A stretch of DNA of 64,000 nt from a bacterium (GTDB lineage: Bacteria > UBA8248). Below the pieces are notes generated by a model. It did not search any database, was not told the DNA's origin, and saw only the letters and a list, made by a program, of their open reading frames with translations. Both the position numbers and the translations under genes were made by a program. The DNA lies in contig OZ241326.1 in the NCBI GenBank assembly GCA_965199855.1, forward strand, positions 160,001-224,000. The letters run 5' to 3'. The first letter of the stretch is position 1, and each line of letters begins with the position of its first letter. This document shows, piece by piece, positions 27,146-41,545 of this stretch.

Positions 27146-29164
27146 ATGAAAAAGCGAAGCCGGAGGAAAGGCGGAAAAGCGAAGCGGCCCAATCTACAGC
27201 GGCCCGACCTCCGGTTTGGGCCCGGGGACTTGTCCGGCTTCACCGCCGCGGGAGTCGCCGGGTTTCACGAGCTCAACCCGGCGACGGTCGTCAGGGAACT
27301 TCTGCAGAACTCCCTTGACGCGGCGCGCGAGGCGGGACGAGACGTCGCCCGCATCCGCTTCGAGGTCGAAAAGCGCGCCCTCGATTCGGTTCCCGGCATC
27401 GAGTCTTATCGATCGGCATTCAGGCGAGCGATAGAAGACCAGGAAAAACTCCTGGGCGGAAAGCTGCAGGATACGGCGACGGGAATCGCGCGCGCCATGG
27501 AAGACTGCCTGAAGTCCGGCGAATGCGAGACGCTTTTCGTGCTGGACAACGGCATCGGCCTGGATGAGAGCAGAATGCGAGGCTTGCTCGGCGACGGCCT
27601 GAGCGTCAAGGGCGACGCGGGAACCGGCGCTCTCGGCAACGGACATCTGACGGTCGTGCCGGCGTCCGACCTGCGCTACGTTCTCTACGGCGGACGGACG
27701 GAGGACGGAGAGATCATCGGAGCGGGCCACGCGGTTCTGGCTTCCCACCAGCGAGAGGGCAAGCGCAAAAGCAAGGACGGATTCTACGTCAAGGCTATCC
27801 GCGAAGATTTTTTCGAGCCTTACGTGTTTCCCCGAAACGGCGAGGTTCCCGACTACGTAAAAGCGAAGCTGGAATGGATCGCGGCGAACTGGGAGCCGGG
27901 CGCGGGCGCCGTGGTGGCCGTTCCCGGCTTCAACCGCTTCCGCGCGGAGGAAGACTCGCTGTGGGACATGGCGTCGAAGGCCGCCGCGTGCAACTTCTTC
28001 GCCGCGTTCGCAAAGGGAGAACTGCGCGTCGAGCTTCGGGAAAACGGCGAGGAAAAATCGCTGGACAAGTCGAACATAGGCGAGACTTTGGAGAAATTCA
28101 GCGACGAGAAGCGAACGCGCGGCGGCTTTCTGAGCGGATCAAGAGCGCTCGCCGCCTTCGAGACGATAGAAAAAGGCGAAGACGTTTCGGTCGACGCCGG
28201 GACCGGGCGAATTTCCATGCGCTGGCGCGAACCGCCCCAGGGCGGCCTTTCCAGAGTCGAACTCTGTCGAAACGGCATGTATATCACCGACGATTTGCCC
28301 AGGCTCCAAAGGGCCCGATTTGCGGATTTCAAGCCGTTTCATTGCGTGATTCTGCTGGACTCGAACGATGGCGAGATTCATCGACTCGTACGCAAGGCGG
28401 AAGGCCCGCTGCACAATCGCCTGGAAGCCAGAAAATGGCTCTTCAAGGAGGAAAAAGCCGCGCTGGACAAAGCGATGAAAGCCGTTTTTTCCAAGCTGCG
28501 AGAAATCCTTCCGAGACACGACGCGGAAGAATTCGAGATAGCGGACGTGATGGCGATTGACGCAAGCGGCATCTCCTCCGGCGGACGCCGGCCGCGCATG
28601 GTCGGGCGTTTCGGAGAGGTGCGGAGGCGGCCGCGCTTTCCAAAGGAAACGGACGAGGGAGAGGAAAGGGAGGTCGGCCCCGGGCCCGTCGACGATCCGA
28701 AAGGCGCGGGCAAGGGCGGAGGGGTCAATCCCGGCCGGCGGGGACGCGGGACTTTCCGCCGCTCGGGCAGCGCCATTCCGTTCAGCGCGCTTGCGATCCC
28801 CGTCGGGAAGCGCTCCTGCCGCGTCGATCTTCGCCCCGGCGAGAAGACCGCCGGAAGCGAGGCGCGGTTCGCCCTCGACGAGAGCCTGGACGAGAGCTGC
28901 GGCGCTTTCGGGTCGGAAGAATTCGCGGAGATCAGGAACGTGAGAATAGACGGCGCGCCCGCGTCCGAAGCCATGCTGACGCTTGACGAGGAAGGCCGGG
29001 CGCTCGGCGTCCGGCTCGGCGCGCTCGACCCGGAAAAGGAGATCCGGATCGAATTCGACTACGCACCGCCCGCGAGCCTTCATCTGGCGGACGACATGCC
29101 GGTTGTCCTGAATACGCAGCTGATTCGCCGGAAAGCGGCTTCTGAAAAGCGGGAGTCCCCGTGA
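27146..29164 (+). CDS. GHKL/HATPase-like ATPase (large, MORC/Hsp90-type N-terminus)
   Basis: N box RELLQNSLDA, G1 box DNGIGLD, G2 box GTGALGNG; AGGAG RBS. Confidence 0.75.
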   Translation: MKKRSRRKGGKAKRPNLQRPDLRFGPGDLSGFTAAGVAGFHELNPATVVRELLQNSLDAAREAGRDVARIRFEVEKRALDSVPGIESYRSAFRRAIEDQEKLLGGKLQDTATGIARAMEDCLKSGECETLFVLDNGIGLDESRMRGLLGDGLSVKGDAGTGALGNGHLTVVPASDLRYVLYGGRTEDGEIIGAGHAVLASHQREGKRKSKDGFYVKAIREDFFEPYVFPRNGEVPDYVKAKLEWIAANWEPGAGAVVAVPGFNRFRAEEDSLWDMASKAAACNFFAAFAKGELRVELRENGEEKSLDKSNIGETLEKFSDEKRTRGGFLSGSRALAAFETIEKGEDVSVDAGTGRISMRWREPPQGGLSRVELCRNGMYITDDLPRLQRARFADFKPFHCVILLDSNDGEIHRLVRKAEGPLHNRLEARKWLFKEEKAALDKAMKAVFSKLREILPRHDAEEFEIADVMAIDASGISSGGRRPRMVGRFGEVRRRPRFPKETDEGEEREVGPGPVDDPKGAGKGGGVNPGRRGRGTFRRSGSAIPFSALAIPVGKRSCRVDLRPGEKTAGSEARFALDESLDESCGAFGSEEFAEIRNVRIDGAPASEAMLTLDEEGRALGVRLGALDPEKEIRIEFDYAPPASLHLADDMPVVLNTQLIRRKAASEKRESP

Positions 29165-30003
29165 TGGCGCGGGTCGGAGAACTCGTCCGCTCCCTTCCCT
29201 ATCCCGCCATCGAGGACGGCAACCTCTCCTTTCCCGAAGGCGAGTATCTGGCCGATGCGACGCCGCAGCGAGGCGAGGCTTCGGCGCTCCTCAGCCACGA
29301 GATAAGGGGCGCGCCTTTTCTCGAGCGCCTGATTTCCGAGGGCGAGGCCAGATACGGCTGCCTGGTTTCCGTGCCGGCGACGGGATACAGAAAACTGCAT
29401 TTGTCGGACGAGGCGCGCCAGCTCGTGGAGTGGGACACGGGCGTGGTGGGCGAGCCGCCCATGCTGCGCCCTCTGGTCGTCGCCGTCGCCGAGATTTCCC
29501 GCGTCCCGGGGCCGGAGGACGGGGTGGCGGAGGCGTGGCGGGGACGGAAGCTCATCATTCCCAAGGGGGCGCGCCTCGCCCTGCATCCCTATTTGCGGCC
29601 GACGGCCTCTCTCCAGCGTCTGCTTCACGCGGTGAAAGACGAGGACTTGCCTGGCGGCTGCTTCGAGGTCAAGCCGTGCGAGGAAAACGGCTTCTACTTC
29701 AAGGTTCACGCGGCGTCCGACCTGTTTCCCTTCCTGCAAAACGCGGGGCGACATCCGCTTCACCGGCGCAGCGTGCTGACGCACGCGGCGAGCAGGTGCC
29801 TCGAGATACTGGCGCGGGATTACGGCGCGGCCGAGGACGGCGAGGACGGCGCGAAATGGGAGCCGTTCCCCAACCTGAAAGCCCTGGCGGATGCGTTCGG
29901 GAAGCGCGGGCTTCAGATGTGGAACGAGGACGGCTTCGCCGCCGACAGGGCGGCGACGCAATGGTATCCCCATCGTCCGCCCGAAGCGGAAGACGGGGAA
30001 TAG
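29161..30003 (+). CDS. Hypothetical protein, gene 3 of the PAPS/GHKL operon
   Basis: GTGA overlap with the ATPase gene; N-terminal SLPYPAI; protein-like composition. Confidence 0.8.
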   Translation: MMARVGELVRSLPYPAIEDGNLSFPEGEYLADATPQRGEASALLSHEIRGAPFLERLISEGEARYGCLVSVPATGYRKLHLSDEARQLVEWDTGVVGEPPMLRPLVVAVAEISRVPGPEDGVAEAWRGRKLIIPKGARLALHPYLRPTASLQRLLHAVKDEDLPGGCFEVKPCEENGFYFKVHAASDLFPFLQNAGRHPLHRRSVLTHAASRCLEILARDYGAAEDGEDGAKWEPFPNLKALADAFGKRGLQMWNEDGFAADRAATQWYPHRPPEAEDGE

Positions 30004-30011
30004 GGCGCGCC

Positions 30012-30881
30012 ATGTCCCGCGAACAGTTCGAGGACGCCTCCTATACCGAATTGCGCGGGAATCTGCTCCGGTCGAAAGGCTCCGGGGCGGCGCGGGATTT
30101 TCTGGCCGCCCTGCGCGACAGCGGGGAATTCGCGGAATGGATCGGGGAGCGGGTTCAGGTCGAGCCGGGGGACGGCCTGCCTCTTCTGGAAGACCCGCTC
30201 ACGGAATCGGAGTTCAAGGAGCCGCCCAGAAGCGCGGAAAAATGGATGTTCGACGCCTGGGAATCCATCGCTCCGGCGGACGCCTGCCGGGTTCCGTTCT
30301 GGGGACTCGTGACCCTGCGCCATATCGAGGCGGGGCGGATCGAATCCCGCTATCTGGCCGCGGACGGCGGCGCCTTGTCCGGGGGACGGGAAAGAATCGA
30401 CCGGACGCTGAGGGAAGGAGCCGCAAGCGAGGTTGACGGCGTCGTTCGCGCGGCGTTGCGCCGCATGAGCGGCCTGCCGGAGGCGCGCGGCAGCCGCAGC
30501 GTCTATGTGAACTGCCCGTTCGCGCGCGCATGGTGGCGCGGATATCTGGCGCGCGAGATTTGCGGGGAATCCGGCGCGGAGCCGGGGCGCGTCGCGAAGG
30601 TTCTGAGCGTCTCGCAGTCCTACTGGGAGGAGCTCATCAATCTCGTCGTATCGAGAAATTCCGTCCTGGGCGACGCGAAGGCGCGCACCGCCCTCGTCTG
30701 GGCGCTTTCGGAACTCATCAACGACGAGGACAAAAAGCGCCTGTTCCACGCGAATACGCTGACGCGAATCCAGAGGCTCATCGGGGTTCGCTCCGCGTGG
30801 CAGGAGCTGGGCGTCTTCTCGGTGGGGGAATTGAAGGAGATGATGATCGGCGAGTTCATCGCGGCGATCCGGCCCGGGTAG
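30012..30881 (+). CDS. Hypothetical protein, gene 4 (possibly DUF6339-like)
   Basis: ATG 8 bp after gene 3; FWGLVTLRH and FARAWWRGY motifs. The family resemblance is from memory only. Confidence 0.75.
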   Translation: MSREQFEDASYTELRGNLLRSKGSGAARDFLAALRDSGEFAEWIGERVQVEPGDGLPLLEDPLTESEFKEPPRSAEKWMFDAWESIAPADACRVPFWGLVTLRHIEAGRIESRYLAADGGALSGGRERIDRTLREGAASEVDGVVRAALRRMSGLPEARGSRSVYVNCPFARAWWRGYLAREICGESGAEPGRVAKVLSVSQSYWEELINLVVSRNSVLGDAKARTALVWALSELINDEDKKRLFHANTLTRIQRLIGVRSAWQELGVFSVGELKEMMIGEFIAAIRPG

Positions 30882-30894
30882 CCCTTTCCCCCGC

Positions 30895-33390
30895 TCAGGG
30901 GCCCAGGGTCATCTTCGCGCTCAGGAAGAGGGCGCGTCCCAGGGAGGAGGCGAGGGTCGCGTCCGGGCTCGCGCCGCCGGGGAGGCGCGAGGGGCCGCGG
31001 TCGCCCGCGTTCAGGACGCCGCCCAGCAGCTCCAGCCCCCGCACGCCGAAGGCGCCGCGCCAGCGCAGGGTGAGGTCGTGCCCCGTCCAGCCGCCGTAGC
31101 GGGCGGTTCGCGCGGCGTTCTCGTAGCCCGAGGCGGCGTATACGCTCCAGTTCGCCGTGAAGCGGCCCCGGCTCGCGCGGAGCGAGGCGTGGGCGCGGTC
31201 GCGCGGGTAGGCCGCGGGCCTCTCGCGCCCGGCCGCGCGGGTCTCGCGCTCGCTCACGCGCAGCCAGCGCAGGCTCAGGCGAAAGTCCGCCGCCGCCGTC
31301 TTCCAGGAGGCGCCCGCGCGCGCGTCCAGCCCCCTCAGGTCGATTTCCCCGACGCCGCCCCACGAGCCCTCGATGCGCCTTATCGCCCCGCCCTCGCGCG
31401 CGACGCGCAGGCCGGCGGGCAGGCGTCCCGCCGCGTCGAGATCGACGATCTCCTGCGGGGAGAGCCGCGCGGGCGCCCTGGAGACGCCGACGCGGAACCA
31501 GTCGAGGCTGAACGAGAAGGGCGCCAGGCGCGCCTCGGCGCCCAGGCTCACGCTCTCCGCCTCGTCGGGGGAGAGCCTCGGGTTGCCGCCGTCCACGTGG
31601 AGGGCGCGCGTCCGCTCGCAGCCGCCGCCCGGACGCGGGGCGCAGACGGAAGCCTCGCTCCTCGTCTCATGCTGGCCCATCGCGCGCAGGTCGGGCGCCG
31701 CGCCGCCCGCCCCCCAGGAGGCGCGAAGCGCGAAAGCCTCCGTCGGGCGCCAGCGCGCGGCGACCTCCCGCGAGAGCGTCCCGCCCGCGTCGTCGCGCTC
31801 GTCACGCCGCCCGGCGAGGGAGACCTCCCAGCCCGGGAGCAGGGGGAGGACGACTTCCGCGAACGCGGAGAGGCGCTCGCGCTCGCCGTCCGCCGAGGCG
31901 CCGCTCGCCCCGCGCACGTCGCCCGGGTCGTGGGCGCGGCCGCGCGCGTCGCGGTAGCGGCGGACGTATCGCCACTCCTCGGAGGCGGCCTCGACGCCCC
32001 CGCGCCAGCGCGCCACGCCGCCGGGCAGGGCGAGCGCCGCGCCCTCCAGCGCGAGGCCGGCGGAGGCGCGCTCCGTCTCGTGATCGAGCCTGAGCCCGAG
32101 CGACGTCTCCCGGACGGCCGCCAGATGAACGGGGTCGGTCGAGAGCGGGTTTTCGACGTCGTAGCGCCCCTCCTCGATCGCGCGGCGCGCCCCGCTTCGG
32201 CTCACGAAGGTCCCGCCGCGCACGACCTCGTCGTAGCGATACCAGCCCGCGCTCGCGTCGTAGCCCACGCTTCCCCACCGGCCGCGGACGCCTATCGCCG
32301 CGTCGGCCTCCTCCAGATCCGTAATCCAGTTCCGGCTGCCGTGGCCGACGAAGCGGTGGTGAACCGTAACGCTCTCCAGGTCCCCGCCCGCCAGGTCGGA
32401 ATGCCGCGCCAGCAGGCTCTCCCGCAGCGCCTCGGGGGGGGCGAACGAGACGGAGTCGAACGCGGGCGAGAAGCGCTCCCCCGTCTCGCGCCGCGCGGCG
32501 CGCGCCTCGAGCCACAGGCTCGCGCCCGCGCCGATCGGATGCTCCGCGCTCAGGAACAGCCCCTCGCGCTCCATGCGCTCCCAGCGCCAGTCGATCTCCG
32601 AGTAGGCGAAGCCGCAGCCCTCGCCCGGAATCCCCAGGGGGTCGCGCAGCCCCGGGACGTAGGCGCCGCCCTCGCACGCCCCCAGCGGACGCGCGAGAGC
32701 GCCGCCGCCGCGCCGCAGCACGAGGGTGTTGCCCCGCGTCGAGACCCCCCGCGCCTCGGCGAAGGCACCGCCCGGCGTCCACGAGGCGCGGCTGTAATCG
32801 CGGTCGGCGTCCCTTATCTCCTCGCGGCGGAACACGTCCAGGCCGATCATCGCGCGCCCGCGCCCGAGCGCGCCGCCCCACAGCAGGCTCCCGCTCCCGT
32901 AGTCGCCGCCCCGCGCTTCCGGCAGCGCCGCGCTCCCCCGCGCCTCGAAGCCCTCGAAGCCGCGGCGCAGCACGAGGTTGATCGCCCCGCCCGCGCCGCG
33001 CCCGCCGCGCAGGGCGGCGGCGGAGCCTGACAGCGCCTCGACGCGCTCGACGGCGGAGAGGGGGAAGGAATCCAGATCGAAGGTCGCGTCGGGGACGCGG
33101 CGCCCGTTGACGAGAATCACGGCGCGCCCGCGCCCGAGGACGAGCGGCCGCCCCAGGCCGAAGGCGTTGAACCTGAGGCCCCTGCGGCTCTCCAGCAGGT
33201 CGCGCAGGTTCCTGAAGCCCGACAGCTCGATTTCCTCGCGCGTGACGACGGAGTGGGGGCGAATCGCGTCCGAGAACCCGGAAGGGGCGCGGCCGCCGGC
33301 GTCCTTCTCCCCGGCCGGAGCCGCCGCCGGAAGCCCCGCCAGGAGAAGGGCGAGAAGCGCCGCGCGGGCGCGGCCTGCGGCGTGCGTCAT
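30895..33390 (-). CDS. TonB-dependent outer-membrane receptor
   Basis: Signal peptide; plug motifs VVTREEIELSG, ILVNGRR, DLDSFPLSAVERVEAL, GGAINLVLRR; barrel motif GGNPRLSPDEAES. Confidence 0.85.
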   Translation of the reverse strand: MTHAAGRARAALLALLLAGLPAAAPAGEKDAGGRAPSGFSDAIRPHSVVTREEIELSGFRNLRDLLESRRGLRFNAFGLGRPLVLGRGRAVILVNGRRVPDATFDLDSFPLSAVERVEALSGSAAALRGGRGAGGAINLVLRRGFEGFEARGSAALPEARGGDYGSGSLLWGGALGRGRAMIGLDVFRREEIRDADRDYSRASWTPGGAFAEARGVSTRGNTLVLRRGGGALARPLGACEGGAYVPGLRDPLGIPGEGCGFAYSEIDWRWERMEREGLFLSAEHPIGAGASLWLEARAARRETGERFSPAFDSVSFAPPEALRESLLARHSDLAGGDLESVTVHHRFVGHGSRNWITDLEEADAAIGVRGRWGSVGYDASAGWYRYDEVVRGGTFVSRSGARRAIEEGRYDVENPLSTDPVHLAAVRETSLGLRLDHETERASAGLALEGAALALPGGVARWRGGVEAASEEWRYVRRYRDARGRAHDPGDVRGASGASADGERERLSAFAEVVLPLLPGWEVSLAGRRDERDDAGGTLSREVAARWRPTEAFALRASWGAGGAAPDLRAMGQHETRSEASVCAPRPGGGCERTRALHVDGGNPRLSPDEAESVSLGAEARLAPFSFSLDWFRVGVSRAPARLSPQEIVDLDAAGRLPAGLRVAREGGAIRRIEGSWGGVGEIDLRGLDARAGASWKTAAADFRLSLRWLRVSERETRAAGRERPAAYPRDRAHASLRASRGRFTANWSVYAASGYENAARTARYGGWTGHDLTLRWRGAFGVRGLELLGGVLNAGDRGPSRLPGGASPDATLASSLGRALFLSAKMTLGP

Positions 33391-33505
33391 GGGAGTCCTC
33401 CCGCGCGTTCGGGACGGGGGGCGAGCGGCGATTCTAAATCCTCCCCGCTTCGGGAGCAACGCGGGGGCGACCTTGACCCGCCGCCGCGCCGGACTCAGGC
33501 GCGAT

Positions 33506-34500
33506 ACGCGAAACGAATTCGACCCATACGACCAGCCGGAGAACCGCGTCACCCACGCGCTGATGAGCGCGCTCCACGAGGACGGGAAGCTCCTGAAAGT
33601 CTTCCTGAAGGAGCTCGCGCGCGAGGCGCCGCCCGGGGGAGGGGCGCGCTCGAAATCTCCGCGCAGCGCTATCCGGAAGGCCGGGAGATCGACGGGCCGG
33701 ATGAGGCCGAAGCCGGGAGGCGGAGGATTCCCGACGCCTGGATCACGCGGGGCGCGGCGTGGTGACGAATGGGCGGGCCGCGCCGCCGACTACCTGGAAG
33801 TGATCGAGGCGCGCATGATCGAGGAGGGAAAACTGTTGACGGGATCGCTCACGGCTTTCAACGGCTTCCGCTTCGGAGAGAACCCTTACACCTACCCGGA
33901 GGCCAAGCGCGTTCTGCGCCTCGCTATGGACGAACTGCGAAAGCGCGAGGACCTGCGCGAGGCGTTGCGCGTCGATCCGGATCGTCGGGGCCGGCCGGCG
34001 ATCACGGGGAGCAAGGGCGGCGTATGGGATTTTCTCCTCTTCAATTCCCACCCCGAAGGAAAAAGCCACAACGCGCGTCCGCACCTGAACCTCAACATCA
34101 GCGCGGATGGCGGCGTGGGGGCGCCGGCGATACTGCCCCACGCGGCGGGATCGAAATGGACGCTACTCAAGAATCCCAGCAGGGATGACTTCTCGAGCGT
34201 GGTGGAGGAGGTTCTGAAAAAGATGCGTCCCCTTTTGAAGGAATGCCCCGGCGCGAAGCCGCATCCGGGCATCTGCCAGCGGCATCCGAAGGGCAGTATA
34301 AGCCCGTTGATCACGGACGCGGAAATCCGCCTTGACCTCCGCGCGAGGCGAGGCGATCGCCAGGCCCGACGCGCTCGACCGCGTGGCCGCCTGGCGCGCC
34401 TGCAGGCCGTTTATCCAGAAGCTGGGGGCGTGAAGCCGGGCGCGGCGGGTGACGGCATATTTGACGCGCGCCGGGAGCGTCACGCCTTCGGAATCATCGG
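33506..34500 (+). pseudogene. Degraded gene, possibly a PD-(D/E)XK nuclease-like protein
   Basis: Start codon appears as ACG (RNEFDPYDQPENRVTHAL). The protein-like text shifts frame near 33645 (LEISAQRYP...IPDAWI, stop at 33765), then returns (DYLEVIEARM...YTYPEAKRVLRLAM). The 3' end is approximate. Confidence 0.55.
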
Positions 34501-34544
34501 CGCGAACGGCGCGATCACCGCCTTCCTCGTCAGCCGACAGCGCG

Positions 34545-35045
34545 TCACTCCGAGAAATACCGCGCCATCCAGGCCTCGACCTCGAAGCGCCAGAACTGGA
34601 GGCTCTCCTCGCGGAAGCCGCTCTCGAACAGGGGCGCGCGCCCGCCCGCCCGCGTCACCCGGAAGCCCCAGCGCAGGAAATGGGCGGCGTCTCCCGCCGG
34701 GTCGTCCTCGATGCGGAGGCCGCTCGCGTCCCCCACGTCGTATTCCAGGCGGACGAGGTAGGCGGGCTTTTCGGTCGGGCGTCCTCCCGCGTCCGGCCGG
34801 ACGCAGCGAAACCGCGTCTCCCCGAGCCCCGCGCACGCGGCCGCGCGCACCCGGGCGGGCTCCAGGACGGCCGCGGCGGCGTGGGAGCGCGAGGGGACGC
34901 GCTCGGCGCGAACCGCCACGAGGAGGCGTCCGGCGGGCGGGGCGCCGGAGCGCGCGATTCTCTGAAAGGGGGAGTCGGCGAGGGGAAGGCCCGCGCAGCC
35001 GGCGAGCAGGAGCGAAACCGACAGGCGAAGCGCGGGGCGCGCCAT
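34545..35045 (-). CDS. Hypothetical lipoprotein
   Basis: Lipobox LLLAGC. Confidence 0.65.
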   Translation of the reverse strand: MARPALRLSVSLLLAGCAGLPLADSPFQRIARSGAPPAGRLLVAVRAERVPSRSHAAAAVLEPARVRAAACAGLGETRFRCVRPDAGGRPTEKPAYLVRLEYDVGDASGLRIEDDPAGDAAHFLRWGFRVTRAGGRAPLFESGFREESLQFWRFEVEAWMARYFSE

Positions 35046-35048
35046 CCC

Positions 35049-35486
35049 TCACCCCCGAAGCGGCGGCGCGGGCGGAGGCGCCCCGGGGCGGGGACTTCCG
35101 GCGGCGTATTCGATTCTCGGCCACAAGTCCCACGCGCGGGCGCGCACGCGCTCCTCGCCCTGATCCAGCAGGCTCACGCGCACGCCGCGCGACTGGTTGA
35201 CGAGCCTCTTGTAGAGAATCGGCGCGTCGAGGTCGCCCACGGCCTCGTCCGCCTCCCGGAAGCGCTCGAGCCCCTTCTTGAGGTTGGCGAGCGCGCCCCG
35301 GTAGTGGCGCTGCTGGAGCTTCACGTAGCCCGCGGCGAGCTGGATGAGGCCCTGGTAGAATTTTCTGGGGATCGGCTCCGAGGCGAGCCAGACGCCCTCC
35401 CACGCCTCGTGGGCGCACCAGTATTCCCCCTGGTTGAACAGGAAAACGCCCGCGTCGCTGCGCGCGTCCCAGGGGATGGGGAACAT
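35049..35486 (-). CDS. DUF309 domain-containing protein
   Basis: Motifs LFNQGEYWCAHEAWEGVW and FYQGLIQLAAG. Confidence 0.85.
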   Translation of the reverse strand: MFPIPWDARSDAGVFLFNQGEYWCAHEAWEGVWLASEPIPRKFYQGLIQLAAGYVKLQQRHYRGALANLKKGLERFREADEAVGDLDAPILYKRLVNQSRGVRVSLLDQGEERVRARAWDLWPRIEYAAGSPRPGAPPPAPPLRG

Positions 35487-35606
35487 CTTGATCCCTCCGC
35501 GAAAGGAAAAGCCTCGCCCGCGCGGGAATGATAGCAACTCGCGGGGCGCGGAGCGACGGCGGCCGGGGAGGAGGCGCGGGGGGAGCGTCCCGACCTCCCG
35601 GGACGA

Positions 35607-35650
35607 GAAAAGCCCCGCCGGGGAGGGGCGCTCCTCCGACGGGGCTTTTC
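35607..35650 (-). terminator. rRNA operon terminator
   Basis: Hairpin GAAAAGCCCCG...CGGGGCTTTTC directly after the 5S gene. Confidence 0.7.
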
Positions 35651-35657
35651 GATCAGA

Positions 35658-35773
35658 TTCCGGCGGCGACCCACTCTCCCACGGAAAGAACCGCAGTACC
35701 ATAGGCGCTGGCGGGCTTAACTGCCGTGTTCGGGATGGGAACGGGTGTGGCCCCGCCGCCATGGCCACCGGAA
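35658..35773 (-). rRNA. rrf: 5S rRNA
   Basis: CCCGTTCCCATCCCGAACACGGCAGTTAAG and GATGGTACT-like core; complementary ends. Confidence 0.95.
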
Positions 35774-35872
35774 GCGCTTCCAAAACCCGACAACCGAACC
35801 GCGCGAACGGGAATCATCAGGCTCCCGGCGAAGCCTCGGCCGGGAATCCATCCGTATCGGAAAAATCCGGTC

Positions 35873-38867
<2,995 letters not shown>

Positions 38868-39022
38868 GAACTTGAGATTTCGATTCCTCAGCCATGCTGA
38901 GAGCCTCGATGATTCTGCCAATTCGCGCGATTCGGTTGTCAAAGACCAAAAGGCGGAAGAAACTCCCGCCCGAAACTGCCGAAGAATTCAGGTTCGCCGC
39001 CCGCGGCCGGGACGCAACCGGA

Positions 39023-39098
39023 TGGTGGAGATGAGCGGGCTCGAACCGCCGACCTCCTGGTTGCAAACCAGGCGCTCTCCCGACTGAGCTACATCCCC
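39023..39098 (-). tRNA. tRNA-Ala(TGC)
   Basis: GGGGATGTAGCTCAG...CCTGG-TT-TGC-AA-CCAGG...CCA. Confidence 0.97.
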
Positions 39099-39187
39099 AT
39101 TCCGCCCTTCGGGGACGGCTCGGCGAGAGGCGGGGCCCGAAAGCCCCGCTCGACGATTCGTCCGCGCCGCCCGCATCCGCATGAGGA

Positions 39188-39264
39188 TGGTGGGCCTACC
39201 TGGATTTGAACCAGGGACCTCGCGCTTATCAGGCGCGCGCTCTGACCGACTGAGCTATAGGCCC
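39188..39264 (-). tRNA. tRNA-Ile(GAT)
   Basis: GGGCCTATAGCTCAG...CT-GAT-AA...CCA. Confidence 0.97.
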
Positions 39265-39585
39265 GCGACCTCGCCCGCGCGCGCTCCGAAAAACTCCGGG
39301 CTTCCGCGCCGGGACTCACCCAGGCGTCCCGCCGAATCCATGCCGCCGGACCCGGAACGGCCCGCATATCCGCTGCGGCGTCGATTATCAAGAACAGGAT
39401 ATGGACGGCCCGAGACGGGCCATTGACCTCGAAGCGCCGGCTCGCCCCGCAATCATCCGGCTCCCGCGCCCGAAGGCGCGGGGCGGCGGCGCGCGATCCT
39501 CAGGCGGGCGGGCGTCCCGCTTCCCCGGACGGGAAAGCCGCCGCCCGCTCCCCTCCCGCGCTTTCTGGGGGCGAACCTCGCCGCG

Positions 39586-41147
<1,562 letters not shown>

Positions 41148-41269
41148 TATTTCTCGCCCGGAGGGCGCAACGACTCGGCCGGTTTCCCGGCCGGGCTTCC
41201 CGTCCCCCCGGATTCAATCGGGAATCGGACAACAGAGCCCGTTCAGGTCCGTCGCATATCCTGTTCTTT

Positions 41270-41339
41270 TGTCAAAGAGCAATTCTTCTCGAAGCAAGAA
41301 GGAATAACCAGACTATCAACGCGCGATCCCTCATGTCAA
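41270..41339 (-). promoter_or_regulatory. rRNA promoter and boxA antiterminator
   Basis: TTGACA(41339-41334)-18 bp-TAGTCT(41315-41310); boxA TGCTCTTTGACA at 41281-41270. Confidence 0.7.
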
Positions 41340-41545
41340 GCGCAAACTGCGCGAAAAAACCCCCAAAAAGCCGACAAAACGAAGAAAAGAGGCGGCGAGG
41401 CGTTCGCCGCGCGTCGTTCCCGGCGTCAATCCCGACAAGGCGGGGGGACTGCGGAATCCGATGAAAGGCGAAACATCCTTCCTCGCGGGGGCTTGCTCTC
41501 CCCGCCGATGGGGCGAACCCAAGAGGAGAGGCGCGCGAAAATCTT

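Noticed and set aside
27104-27148. Sec readthrough fusing the PAPS-like gene to the GHKL ATPase (the TGA is in frame with the next ATG)
   Set aside because: PCDCTD looks like a natural C-terminus, the next gene has its own AGGAG RBS, and no convincing SECIS follows. In-frame spacing occurs by chance one time in three.
32978-35200. 740-aa ORF as a single gene
   Set aside because: Only the middle part is protein-like. The ends overlap the TonB receptor and the lipoprotein/DUF309 genes on the opposite strand.
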